Positions 7,316-16,792 of a DNA stretch of 29,277 bases are shown here, one piece after another; the first letter of the stretch is position 1, and every line of letters begins with the position of its first letter. This stretch comes from a virus. A model generated the notes under the pieces. The model was not told where the DNA came from. It saw only the letters and a program-made list of their open reading frames with translations, and did no database searches. Location: positions 1-29,277 of IMG/VR virus record IMGVR_UViG_3300036783_000021; one strand, given 5' to 3'. Made by a program: the position numbers and the translations under genes.

Positions 7316-7662
7316 CAGGCTGTTACCTCGTTTGTTTGTCCGTAAATGTCGGTGTAGATTGCAGAAATAGAGAGTTTTCTGGTTTTGGATTCCTGGGTAT
7401 AGGTGAACTTGTCCAGCGAGCGAACGCCCGCCGTTTGAAGGATGCAGTATCTGGCATCGCTTAAAATTTTCGTCGTCATGTTGCGACTGGCCATCTCGGT
7501 GATCCAGTCAATGCCAACAGCCTGATCAAGAAACCAATCCCCCAGGAACATTTGCAGGCGCGTTTTTACTTTCTGCCTTACCGCTTCTGATTGCGTCGCG
7601 TAACTCTGCCTGCCAGCGCCAAAGGTCCAGTCATTGTTTGAATCAACTCGCCGGGTTCGCAT
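7315..7662 (-). CDS. Baseplate wedge protein (gpW/gp25-like)
   Basis: DWTFGAG, VKTRLQMFLGDWFLD...GIDW, TDIYG motifs; start taken at the ATG of MRTRRVD. Confidence 0.8.
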   Translation of the reverse strand: MRTRRVDSNNDWTFGAGRQSYATQSEAVRQKVKTRLQMFLGDWFLDQAVGIDWITEMASRNMTTKILSDARYCILQTAGVRSLDKFTYTQESKTRKLSISAIYTDIYGQTNEVTA

Positions 7663-7706
7663 CACCACCCCTTATAAAAGCGAAACCCCGGCATTTGCCA
7701 GGGCTG

Positions 7707-8447
7707 TTAGTTCTGTGGTCCATCGGTAATACCTCCTCCGTCTCCATTCTCAGGGTGCCGGTGAAGGCTCACTTTCACACCATTGAGCGTCACCTCTCCA
7801 TTGATGTCCATCGTACCGGTAATGCTCGCTACAGAGCCCTCGCCTCCGCTGCCAGTCATCCCTGCGGTGTAGGTGAACATTCCCGCCACATTCAGTGTGT
7901 CGTCCATCACGACAGGCTTCATGAACCGAGCCCGGCAATGAACAGTCAGCATGGCTCCATCAATATCCACATTACCTGCGTCATCAATGGACACATAACC
8001 AGGCCCATTCAGTTGACGCATGACGATCGCATCATTGCGAAAATTGCCGATAACTCTTTTCAGCGAAGAGATACCGGGAATAAACATCGCATCACTCAAA
8101 TCATGTTGGCGGTGATCTGGCGGTACACCTGTTTCTCCAGAGGAAAACCAGCCATCAATACAGCGATCGGAAAAAATCACCAATCCCTCATCTCCAGACT
8201 TTATTGGGAATGTAAGCGCAAAGCCACCGCCTCGCGGGAACTGAACGGGAACATCTACCAGCAACGGCAGTGGCTCTTCCTGACCTGAATCATCCAGGCC
8301 ATGCGCCACCATTTGAACGCTCACCGTTTGACGCCCATCAAAGGATTTGACAATGGCTGGTGATGAGACGCGCAAGTTGTATGCCTGATCTGCATTGCCC
8401 AGATCAATGCTTGAATCCAGAGAGGCGTTATCTGTTGGATAAAGCAT
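7707..8447 (-). CDS. Baseplate spike (Gp138/gpV-like)
   Basis: DVPVQFPRGGGFALTFPIKSGDEGLVIFSDRCID, HDLSDA, C-terminal metal-binding HRH. Confidence 0.9.
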   Translation of the reverse strand: MLYPTDNASLDSSIDLGNADQAYNLRVSSPAIVKSFDGRQTVSVQMVAHGLDDSGQEEPLPLLVDVPVQFPRGGGFALTFPIKSGDEGLVIFSDRCIDGWFSSGETGVPPDHRQHDLSDAMFIPGISSLKRVIGNFRNDAIVMRQLNGPGYVSIDDAGNVDIDGAMLTVHCRARFMKPVVMDDTLNVAGMFTYTAGMTGSGGEGSVASITGTMDINGEVTLNGVKVSLHRHPENGDGGGITDGPQN

Positions 8448-9310
8448 CAGCCCCCCTTTTTCATTTTCGATTTTTTAACTTTTTTGGCCTTTTTAAATTT
8501 GCCGTTAACCGCGGTTATAACACTCGTCCAGTCTTCCCCATGGGTATCACCGTTACTTTCGATAGTGGTTACTTTGTAGTCACCATCATAATCATCAACA
8601 ATGGAATCGATGCGGATTAACCCTCCCACCTGAATCATAGGATTAAGCAGACAGGAAACCTCCATACCGCCGTTCGTTACCCTGGGTGATTTAATCATGC
8701 CGGTTTTTTGGCTTATTATCGCGGCCTCACCCGGCTGGCAGTAATCAGCTTTCAGGATGATCAGTCGTCCATTTTGAATGGACCAGTCGGCATCATGATG
8801 ATTTGCGATCTGGCCGATGACGCTTCTTGTCGAGCCGTAACACACTCGCCCTCTGGTGAGCGTGACATCACTATCAACACCAATGACACCCGGTTGGACG
8901 TTAGGCATAGTCTTCAGGCATTGCTCAATGATATCGCCGTGCGTGCTACCTGCGGATAGCGTGACGCTCATAAAGGCATTTCGATAATCAGTGGCGCCAT
9001 CGTCGCACTCTAGTTCCGTGACAAAATCCATATCCTCACGCAATGTTTTTGGCTTTGAAATTTGTCCCGCGTAAAGCAGGCGGCAATCATCCAGCGTCCC
9101 ATAACCAACCAACAGGGCCACTTTGGTATATTGCTTTTGGGTTATAAGATTTCGGTGCGTCGGGTTGAGATTGTAAATACTAAATGTGGCGTGATTGGGT
9201 TTTTTATCGTGGGTGTGTTTTATTTTAAATTTCACCTTGAGGTTATTTATTCGAATCGATTCGCTCTCATTGCCGACCTGCAAAATATATTGCCTGCCAT
9301 ATTGCTGCAT
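8447..9310 (-). CDS. Baseplate hub protein
   Basis: IYNLN, WSIQNG.L, TGMIKSP, CLLNPMI.VG motifs; synteny. Confidence 0.8.
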   Translation of the reverse strand: MQQYGRQYILQVGNESESIRINNLKVKFKIKHTHDKKPNHATFSIYNLNPTHRNLITQKQYTKVALLVGYGTLDDCRLLYAGQISKPKTLREDMDFVTELECDDGATDYRNAFMSVTLSAGSTHGDIIEQCLKTMPNVQPGVIGVDSDVTLTRGRVCYGSTRSVIGQIANHHDADWSIQNGRLIILKADYCQPGEAAIISQKTGMIKSPRVTNGGMEVSCLLNPMIQVGGLIRIDSIVDDYDGDYKVTTIESNGDTHGEDWTSVITAVNGKFKKAKKVKKSKMKKGG

Positions 9311-9627
9311 TACACCTTCTCCACCACGTAAAGTTTACATCTCATCCCCATATCCCTTCCGCCGTAAGGATTGAGATCCAGGCCACTGGTGTCTATCAGA
9401 CGGAAAAAAAATGGCAGAGTCATGCGCCTCAAAATCGGCGTACCGCATACCAGGGCGTAGCCAGACACGAGAACCTCTTCACTATCGGCATCCTCAAGAT
9501 CTAAATGCCACTGACCACCATCTGGAACCGGGTTATAGAACAGCGTTAATCTGGCGCGAAGCCCACCAGCAGTAAAAGTCATCTGCTGACGCGGCGCAGA
9601 TGTCACAGGCAAAAGAAAAGCCCCCAT
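9310..9627 (-). CDS. Small baseplate/virion protein
   Basis: Synteny between Dit-like and hub genes; WHLDL...LVSGYALVCG motif. Confidence 0.7.
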   Translation of the reverse strand: MGAFLLPVTSAPRQQMTFTAGGLRARLTLFYNPVPDGGQWHLDLEDADSEEVLVSGYALVCGTPILRRMTLPFFFRLIDTSGLDLNPYGGRDMGMRCKLYVVEKV

Positions 9628-9629
9628 GA

Positions 9630-10412
9630 TTACCCTCTCACGGTTTTTGATTGTTTGAGCGCCTCAGGATCAACATCACTGATATCAACTTGCGGTGGTG
9701 ATACTTCGCCCTTGTTCTGGGTATTTGCTGTTTGAGCTGCAGTGCGGCCAGAGGTCTTTCCCTTACCTGTTGGCACGCTAACACCACCGGCTGTTTGAGT
9801 CTCCACAATGAAAACCTCTTTGCATGGGATGGTGAAAACTGCGGCTTTTTCTTTAGTGATATGCACTCTTACATCAAGGATCAGAACAGAGTCATAAGAG
9901 GTTGTGCCTGTAATTATCTGTACCGGCACAGCGGATCGCTGAATATTGCGTAATGCATTGTAAGCATCAGAAATGCGCTTATCACTGACGGTGAGATCAC
10001 TTACATCAACTGGAAGGAGATCAGGCAACCATGGCGCCAGAGCGCGCTGCCCGGTTTCGCCACCAACCAACTGTGAAGCGGTGGAGGCCACAAGGTCAAT
10101 AGTCCTGTTGACGTAGGATACCGTTTGACTGGTGATCCCCTTTAGGGCCGCTGGTACGGGAACAGAATTAATAAAATCCGGCTCACGTACATGAAGTGAA
10201 TCAGCCTTCTTACTGAAAGGCGTATCGTCTGGATTGTAATCCACCATTATTCCAGATATTTCAAGCGGCCTCGGCATCAATATGGCGCTATCCGCAATCA
10301 GGGAACCGCTTTCAATGGGGTTCTCGGTGATCTTCAGCGGCGATGAATGAGACTCCCCTAAAACCACATCGAACTCGAATGTGCCGCTATTCGCAATGAT
10401 GGTTGTTGTCAT
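9630..10412 (-). CDS. Dit-like baseplate/tube-initiator protein
   Basis: ESHSSPLKITENPIESGSLIADSA motif; directly after the tape measure gene. Confidence 0.75.
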   Translation of the reverse strand: MTTTIIANSGTFEFDVVLGESHSSPLKITENPIESGSLIADSAILMPRPLEISGIMVDYNPDDTPFSKKADSLHVREPDFINSVPVPAALKGITSQTVSYVNRTIDLVASTASQLVGGETGQRALAPWLPDLLPVDVSDLTVSDKRISDAYNALRNIQRSAVPVQIITGTTSYDSVLILDVRVHITKEKAAVFTIPCKEVFIVETQTAGGVSVPTGKGKTSGRTAAQTANTQNKGEVSPPQVDISDVDPEALKQSKTVRG

Positions 10413-12187
10413 CCCGGTTTTCTCCCTCCGTTGCCGTGATTGAGCGTTGCGGCCTGGTGATCGCCATATGCCTGTTTTGATGCTGCAGCCATCTGCTGGG
10501 CAAACTCCTGGGGATTATTCGCCTGCACCACCACATTATCCATGCGGTAAGAGTTAATGAGCTGGCTCTGACCTGTTGTTGCCTGAGTTGGCGTGTTTGC
10601 TGCTGAGGGTAGTGGTGTTGGGGGTGTTTCCTTTAATTTTTTGGTGGCTTCAAACCCTAACTCTCGCCACCATTTTGGTCTGTTTTGCTTTATCCATCCC
10701 AAATCCTCTCTCTCTGACCACTCCGGGTGAGCCCTTACGACAGAGCCAATGATATCAGCTCTTTTTTGCCTTTTATTTTGGTCATCTACAAAGCCTTTGC
10801 CTGCACGCTCTTCCATGCCCTCTTTGCCGCCAGCAGTTTCTTTTTTCAGGTCTGCTAATAGCTTTTGCCCGTTCGCATCCAGTCCACCAACCAGATCCGC
10901 GAGTTCCAGCATTTTTATTTTGATGATGTCGAGGTAATACAACCAGCCAGCACCGAACTCCGCCAGCCACTTTCCAGCAGATGTGAAAAAATCTTTGAGC
11001 GCGCCAGCCTCAAGAATGCCATTGCGGAAATCTGACCATTTTTTAATTAGGATCCCAATGCCAATAGCCAGCAGCGCAACGGCATCAATGATCCAGATGA
11101 GCGGGTTAGCCTGAGCGATTAATGCCATGATGCTTTCTGCCTCTGAGATGGCCTGAATGCCCTTAACAACCGCACCTATCGCTTTCACAATCGAGCCATC
11201 GAGCAGCAGCAGGAAGAAACCGCCGGTAATTAATTCATTACCCCCCATAGACAGGTTTCCGACGACATCAATTATCACTCCGAGCCACTGCGCAACCTGG
11301 CCCAGCACCGCAACAACCTCGGCGCCAATATCGGCGGCTGAAAGCATCATTCTGCGGAAATCATCCGTTCTGGTAAACGCCTCCCACTGATCCAGTAATG
11401 CGCCGAGCTGGTTTTTGAGTTCGTCGAAAATACCGTTACCCATGATGAACTGGGTGAAAACCATCCAGTCAGTCTTCATTTTCTGGGTCAGGCCGAACCA
11501 TGTTTTGGCGTGCGCCTCCATGGATCCACCAAAACGGTTTTTGAGGATTTGAACAAACTGATCGGTGGCCTGCTCTGCATTATTGAAATCTAGCGTGACG
11601 TTTTGTTTGATGCCCGCCTTGTCGACATAGCTACCTTCATAGACGCGGTTTTTTCCGGCACCATGCAGGTTAATCAGCGGAGCCAGAACGCCGCCAGCGT
11701 TATAACGGCCCTCGATGAGCTCCGCAATGCCTTGTGGGATCATCTTGGCGACCGATGGTATTGCCGACGCAGCATCACCGAATGCCTTCATGGATTCAGT
11801 GGTAGGATCGATGCCGTTATTTTTAAGCGCCATGAAAATCTCAGTGGCTGCATCCATCCCCATTACCGGGTTTTTCTGCGCGAACGCCCACAGCCACTTA
11901 AATTTTTCGTCACCTTCAGCTGCTGTGGTGTACAGCGCCTCCATGGTGACTCTTGCATTCTCAATGTGCTCAGCATTTTCGAGGAAGCTATGTCCGAGTT
12001 CGCCCAGTAGTTCACTGGCCTTTTCCAGCCCGTGAGCCAACAGCGTGCCAGCAGTAACAGCATGAAGCATGGATTTGGTGCTGTGCTGCGCAGCCTGGTC
12101 AACTCCACCGAGCGCAGAAACAAAAGACTTTGCGCCAGACTCATCGACTTTAAATCCAAGCGCGTAAAGAAACTCATCAATGATCAT
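10409..12187 (-). CDS. Tail tape measure protein
   Basis: MIIDEFLYALGFKVD N-terminus, Ala/Gly-rich helical content, hydrophobic segments; position. Confidence 0.85.
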   Translation of the reverse strand: MIIDEFLYALGFKVDESGAKSFVSALGGVDQAAQHSTKSMLHAVTAGTLLAHGLEKASELLGELGHSFLENAEHIENARVTMEALYTTAAEGDEKFKWLWAFAQKNPVMGMDAATEIFMALKNNGIDPTTESMKAFGDAASAIPSVAKMIPQGIAELIEGRYNAGGVLAPLINLHGAGKNRVYEGSYVDKAGIKQNVTLDFNNAEQATDQFVQILKNRFGGSMEAHAKTWFGLTQKMKTDWMVFTQFIMGNGIFDELKNQLGALLDQWEAFTRTDDFRRMMLSAADIGAEVVAVLGQVAQWLGVIIDVVGNLSMGGNELITGGFFLLLLDGSIVKAIGAVVKGIQAISEAESIMALIAQANPLIWIIDAVALLAIGIGILIKKWSDFRNGILEAGALKDFFTSAGKWLAEFGAGWLYYLDIIKIKMLELADLVGGLDANGQKLLADLKKETAGGKEGMEERAGKGFVDDQNKRQKRADIIGSVVRAHPEWSEREDLGWIKQNRPKWWRELGFEATKKLKETPPTPLPSAANTPTQATTGQSQLINSYRMDNVVVQANNPQEFAQQMAAASKQAYGDHQAATLNHGNGGRKPG

Positions 12188-12259
12188 AATGCGCCTTTTA
12201 TGTGCAGCATATTAGCTGGCAATAAATAAAATATGCTTTTTTAATAATGGAGAAATGTC

Positions 12260-12853
12260 ATGAATAAGGCGTTGGGTGCGACAATTATTTCAGCAGGGCT
12301 AATCATTAGTGCAGCGTTGATCAACATTGAAGGTATTAAACAAAGTTTTTCGCCAGACCCGTCCCAAAACATCCTTAATGTCGAGGGTGGCGCTGTGCGC
12401 CTGGGTAAAGTCAACAGCGAGCGCGAATTTATTGAAGTAACCATTTACATGGGCAAGGAAAGCGAAATCAGATTTGATCTTTCCCCAGAAGTGGCCGCAC
12501 AGTTTGGTTTAAAAAATGAAACACCCGTTATTCATTTGACTGGTATCAGCCCAGAATCCGCTGCGCAAGAATTTAAACAACAACTCAAAGGATTCATTCA
12601 GGAGGTCAATTCCAGCAAAGCTGAAAAGGATAAGATTAAGGGTCTGGATATTACCTCAACCGTAGGTTTTGCCGTAAAAATTGAATCTCGAATTGTTTAT
12701 GGCAGTGAATTGCAGGGTGCATTCCCGCTGACAGTGGATAGCCGAACATTCACAATCGAGCCAAATCAATCGCTATTCAAACCAGTTGATGCAGCGCTTG
12801 CGGAGGTTATTACGAATATCAAGCAGTCCCATAAGCAAGAAACTTTCATGTAA
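12260..12853 (+). CDS. Moron: N-terminally membrane-anchored hypothetical protein
   Basis: Opposite strand within the tail operon, AT-richer, GGAG RBS, MNKALGATIISAGLIISAALINI signal/anchor. Confidence 0.8.
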   Translation: MNKALGATIISAGLIISAALINIEGIKQSFSPDPSQNILNVEGGAVRLGKVNSEREFIEVTIYMGKESEIRFDLSPEVAAQFGLKNETPVIHLTGISPESAAQEFKQQLKGFIQEVNSSKAEKDKIKGLDITSTVGFAVKIESRIVYGSELQGAFPLTVDSRTFTIEPNQSLFKPVDAALAEVITNIKQSHKQETFM

Positions 12854-12860
12854 GTGCAAG

Positions 12861-12876
12861 GCCCGCACCGCGGGCC
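12861..12876. terminator. Hairpin between convergent genes
   Basis: GCCCGC-ACC-GCGGGC between the stops at 12853 and 12881; weak T-tracts. Confidence 0.45.
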
Positions 12877-12880
12877 AATT

Positions 12881-13138
12881 CTATTCCCGCTCCTGCATCT
12901 TATCCGCTACCACCAGAGCATCATGAAAGGCCATCAGATCAGAGAGAGACCAGGTGGTTTTCAACTCAGTGAGCGAGGCTTTTTCCCTGATGACTGGCGT
13001 CCAGATGAACCAGTCAACTTCTCCGGAGTCGTCGTCGCTTCGGAGGACGCCAGCGAGCGGCATTTCTCCAGAAATTCCGTCATTTGCCCCAACCCCGGAA
13101 ACAGATCTTTGAGCACGTCGCGGATACCAGTAAAAAAA
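12881..13138 (-). CDS. Tail chaperone C-terminal extension (gpT-like), probably reached by -1 frameshift
   Basis: VDWFIWTPV...LTELKTTWSLSDLMAFHDAL lies in the -1 frame of the chaperone and is open back to the T TTT TTT heptamer at 13132-13138. Confidence 0.6.
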   Translation of the reverse strand, partial: FFYWYPRRAQRSVSGVGANDGISGEMPLAGVLRSDDDSGEVDWFIWTPVIREKASLTELKTTWSLSDLMAFHDALVVADKMQERE

Positions 13139-13485
13139 TCACCGAACTGGTATTGCGCCCCCTCCACCAGCAAAATCGGTAAATGCGACCGGTACTGATT
13201 GAAGTGTGTCTCTCCACAGTCAATGAGTTTGGCCGGTGCGCCGGTTTCCGGCTTCACCACGGTGAATTCGAATACCATGCGCTGTACGGCTGCCAACTCC
13301 GGTTTATCCATCACAGAGAACGCCAGACCGATCGTACCTGAAATCGACCCATCTCCAGGGCGATCCATTTTCGAGCGGCCAATAGCGCCCAGCAGCATCT
13401 GAATGTTCTCCCACGCCGTGTATGCGTTTGCTGGCGTCATGTAATACTTGATGCCGTCGAGCTCAATTTCTTTACGCTGTTCCAT
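12961..13485 (-). CDS. Tail assembly chaperone (gpG-like)
   Basis: Between tube and tape measure genes; HFNQYRSHL...QFGDFF motif. Confidence 0.8.
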   Translation of the reverse strand: MEQRKEIELDGIKYYMTPANAYTAWENIQMLLGAIGRSKMDRPGDGSISGTIGLAFSVMDKPELAAVQRMVFEFTVVKPETGAPAKLIDCGETHFNQYRSHLPILLVEGAQYQFGDFFTGIRDVLKDLFPGLGQMTEFLEKCRSLASSEATTTPEKLTGSSGRQSSGKKPRSLS

Positions 13486-13487
13486 TA

Positions 13488-13919
13488 TTAATTCTCAAAT
13501 GGCAGGCCGAGGACCTGCTGGACAGATTCAAACTCAATAATCCACGTACCAGGGTTATGCTGCCCGCCGCGGGTATATTTCGCCGGGGTTGAGTGATACC
13601 CCTTGCTCCCTGTAACAAGGTCATTATTGAGTAGATCGCGAATATTCATACCATAGGCAGTGAATGACTTGGGATCACTTCGCTGAAGCGCCATCTGATT
13701 CGCAAGCCATGCGTTATCGGCATGCTGCTGCAACAGCTTAATTGTCAATTTACCTGAGGCATCAGGGTTTGCCACCCAGACCCCTTTTCCCTGCGCACCG
13801 ATGGTCCATTTACCTGCGTCATTGTTAAATGACACGTCGAGCGCATCATTATCGGTAGTGAACCCCGTGATGGTGCGCCCGCTCAGCACCAGGCTGATTT
13901 GTTTGATATCGAATAACAT
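13488..13919 (-). CDS. Tail tube protein (DUF3277-like)
   Basis: 143 aa after the sheath; IGAQG.G, SGKLTIKLLQ...N.WL motif. Confidence 0.85.
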   Translation of the reverse strand: MLFDIKQISLVLSGRTITGFTTDNDALDVSFNNDAGKWTIGAQGKGVWVANPDASGKLTIKLLQQHADNAWLANQMALQRSDPKSFTAYGMNIRDLLNNDLVTGSKGYHSTPAKYTRGGQHNPGTWIIEFESVQQVLGLPFEN

Positions 13920-13928
13920 GGCTACTCC

Positions 13929-15071
13929 TTAGCGGTTAGTGTTTACGACGATATTCACGCTGTGAACAGCACCGCCAAGATGGGCGAGGATCGTAATAGG
14001 TGGGCATTTTCGCGCCTTGCGGTCATCAACAGAGAGAGTAGAAACCGAATCGGCGTAGATGTAATACCCGTTTTCCAGATAATCCCCTGTTTTTACCGCT
14101 CCAACAGGGTCGCCATCCCATGCGCCCGGGGCCACCAGCCCATTACGCACTGACTGTTTCATCACGGCATCAGCAGCATCCATGATTTCGGCAACGCCCG
14201 GATCGGTAAGAGGTACTTTATTTCGCTCTGAGAGTGCATTGAACACATCTACCTGCAGTTGATTGCGCAGCCAGTCGAGCCCTATAACTTCATCAGCCCA
14301 TATTGTCGCGCCGAGCATCCAGCCTTCCGCCACCATGCGTTTCGTACCGAACGTGGTGAAGTAGTTCACACCCTGAGCGGTTAATTTAGATGCGGCGGTA
14401 TCATCAATGGAGTTATCAACAGATACGCCCGGCAGATCTTTAAACTTCAGCGTCAACATGCTGTTTTCAGCATCGAAATCGATGGAGCATAACAAGGCCG
14501 CGAGAGAAACTACCGGCGACGGGCCGCCATCGGCAACGCCAGACATATACAGCGCCAGCGTGCGATACAGCCCAGCATCAATCAGAGGCTTAAGCGTGCT
14601 GGTGGTCGGTTCGATATCGCTTGCGGCACTATCGGTGAGTGCCTGAATTTTACCTGCAGCCTGAATCCACTCAGAAGCGGACATTAAATCTGCTGGTGAT
14701 GCCACCGCTCCGACTGGGCAGGCGCAATACCAGCCATCCCACGATTGCTGCAATGCAGAATAAGCCTCGGACAATTTCTGGGGCTTTGTGACGTTCTCCG
14801 CGTCCCAGGCTGCGACGTACAGATATTGCGGCCGCTTAGGCTGGTCAAAAAAGTATTCCGCGGTCGTCGTGAAATACACATCAGTATCAGCCTCAGGAAA
14901 ATCTGTTTGAAACGCCTTCAGGGTTGAGTATTGACGGTACATTTCCGGGGCCGTCAGAACTTCTACGGCAGCTGGGGAAAAGAGTACAACCGTGCCGAAA
15001 TTGGCAGACGAAACAACGTCAGCCGGTGGATTAACGATAACGTTAACCACGTTGCCAATGGATAGAGACAT
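13929..15071 (-). CDS. Tail sheath protein (DUF3383-like)
   Basis: TLKFKDLPGV, DEVIGLDWL, KVPLTDPG, GAVHSVNI motifs. Confidence 0.9.
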   Translation of the reverse strand: MSLSIGNVVNVIVNPPADVVSSANFGTVVLFSPAAVEVLTAPEMYRQYSTLKAFQTDFPEADTDVYFTTTAEYFFDQPKRPQYLYVAAWDAENVTKPQKLSEAYSALQQSWDGWYCACPVGAVASPADLMSASEWIQAAGKIQALTDSAASDIEPTTSTLKPLIDAGLYRTLALYMSGVADGGPSPVVSLAALLCSIDFDAENSMLTLKFKDLPGVSVDNSIDDTAASKLTAQGVNYFTTFGTKRMVAEGWMLGATIWADEVIGLDWLRNQLQVDVFNALSERNKVPLTDPGVAEIMDAADAVMKQSVRNGLVAPGAWDGDPVGAVKTGDYLENGYYIYADSVSTLSVDDRKARKCPPITILAHLGGAVHSVNIVVNTNR

Positions 15072-15073
15072 AT

Positions 15074-15613
15074 TTACTCCGGAATGATAACGGTAAAATC
15101 GGTTTGAGACGGCGGGTCATCGGTAATGACGGATAAAGGCACCTCGGCGATAGTTTCCTGCTCAATGCGGTAAACGTCGGCGTAGGAGATCGTGGCGTTC
15201 ATCAAGGCGCGTTCCTCGAATCCTGTAGAAACAGCAGCGGATATATCCTTTGGAAAATCGATGCTGGGAGAGGAAACCCCGATTTGCTTTAGCAACTGCA
15301 TGCCGGGTGAACTACCAAACCAGGCTCTCAGCCTTTGAAGGATGGTGAACGCACCTGATCCATAGCCCTGGATGCGGATAATCACCACCCGATGCTCGGT
15401 GATTTCTTCGGTAAAGTCATCTACCTGCCGCCGCTGAGGTAGTCCAGGCTCATACCCCTCAAGCATATTTACGGTGATAAATGGCGCGCCGTTCACCGCC
15501 TCACCGGAATTTCTGGCTTTCACCACCACCGTTTGTTCAGACGTCGATAAAGCCTGACTGATCAGGGTTTGAAGGTTCGTCAGTTCGAACCGCGAGACAG
15601 TAGTGATACCCAT
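15074..15613 (-). CDS. Neck/tail terminator protein
   Basis: Synteny before the sheath; FEERA motif. Confidence 0.7.
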   Translation of the reverse strand: MGITTVSRFELTNLQTLISQALSTSEQTVVVKARNSGEAVNGAPFITVNMLEGYEPGLPQRRQVDDFTEEITEHRVVIIRIQGYGSGAFTILQRLRAWFGSSPGMQLLKQIGVSSPSIDFPKDISAAVSTGFEERALMNATISYADVYRIEQETIAEVPLSVITDDPPSQTDFTVIIPE

Positions 15614-15887
15614 AATCGCTGAAATCCTGATAGTGAACGATTTTGTAGTTATTGTTTAACCAGGAAACCAGATCGCCAAACCCAAAGCGTTTGGCGGCAT
15701 ACACGCTTATGGACTGAGACAGCCGCGTGCCTTCGGGTAAAAATTTGGCTTCGTCTTTACTTGCTGGCGCAATAACACCCTGATTGTCACCCGCCGTGCC
15801 AGCGGACCAGTCATTACTAACTGGATGAGTGACGGAAAATTTCTGACTTAACGGTCCCGTTACGACCGCTCGTAGATTCATAATCAC
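15537..15887 (-). CDS. Head-tail joining protein
   Basis: LPEG.R, D.V.W...YKI...DFSDYGY motif; synteny. Confidence 0.7.
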   Translation of the reverse strand: MIMNLRAVVTGPLSQKFSVTHPVSNDWSAGTAGDNQGVIAPASKDEAKFLPEGTRLSQSISVYAAKRFGFGDLVSWLNNNYKIVHYQDFSDYGYHYCLAVRTDEPSNPDQSGFIDV

Positions 15888-16355
15888 TTATGCGCCTCTT
15901 TTTTTAATTACGTGATCGATGGACTGAACGAGCTGCCCTTTGTCGATCAGCGGTTTATTGGATTTTTTGCGCTTGATGGTTGATGGTGCATTGGGGATGA
16001 ATGGGCCAGTGGCGATTTTGTGTTTCACATCTGCGGAGATGATAAAGCCAACTCGATGCAGCGCTATCGCTGGAGCGTCCTGCCCCTCCGAAACTCTTCT
16101 GGCAACCTGCCCCATCATGCGGGCATATTTATTGCGGTTTTCAGTTAACGTCGAGCGGATAAATGAGCGCTCAGGGATCCGCCCATCGGTCGAGCCCAGT
16201 TCGTTGACTGCAGCTATTTGAGCATTATTCAGTTCGGACTCATCGCCGCGCGCCGATTTACTGGCTGGCACACCCACGGCAATATCGTACTTACCCAGCT
16301 CCAGAATGCGCGCAAAAAGTTCGTTTACTTTTATCAGGTCAGGACGATTATCCAC
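15888..16355 (-). CDS. Tail completion/neck protein
   Basis: IPERSFIRST, PNAPSTIKRKKSNKPLIDKGQLVQSI motifs. Confidence 0.85.
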   Translation of the reverse strand: MDNRPDLIKVNELFARILELGKYDIAVGVPASKSARGDESELNNAQIAAVNELGSTDGRIPERSFIRSTLTENRNKYARMMGQVARRVSEGQDAPAIALHRVGFIISADVKHKIATGPFIPNAPSTIKRKKSNKPLIDKGQLVQSIDHVIKKRGA

Positions 16356-16357
16356 AA

Positions 16358-16792
16358 CTACCCCCAGCGGGTTAATCCACCCATGCCGCCGATATCCAGC
16401 ACCATCAGCGCTTCACCATAGGTCGTTTTCTCCAGCCATTCGTCGTAAGAGTCATTGCCTGAATCGCTCCCCTCCGTGGTGGTGCTCGAGGAGGTATTGG
16501 CATACTGGATCTCGACATTACCTGCTTTGTATTTTGTAATGGCTCCTGCCGTTTGCTGACTGCCGCCACCGCCGCCAGTAGATGTGATGCCCAGACCATT
16601 CAGCCACATCGTGTGACAGGCCATGTATGCCTGGGCCATGTTCCAGCTTTTATAGTTTTCAGGATCGTGAAGAAACTCACGCCCCATAATCACCCACTGA
16701 GCCACCACATCATCCGGAACATCAGCAAACTCCGGCCCGACCACTCTCACTATCGCAATGACAGCCTGAACATCAGCCGGAATTTCCATCAC
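16358..16792 (-). CDS. Head-tail connector (DUF4054-like)
   Basis: PEFA, YMACH, WL..TTYG motifs; follows the capsid gene. Confidence 0.75.
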   Translation of the reverse strand: MMEIPADVQAVIAIVRVVGPEFADVPDDVVAQWVIMGREFLHDPENYKSWNMAQAYMACHTMWLNGLGITSTGGGGGSQQTAGAITKYKAGNVEIQYANTSSSTTTEGSDSGNDSYDEWLEKTTYGEALMVLDIGGMGGLTRWG

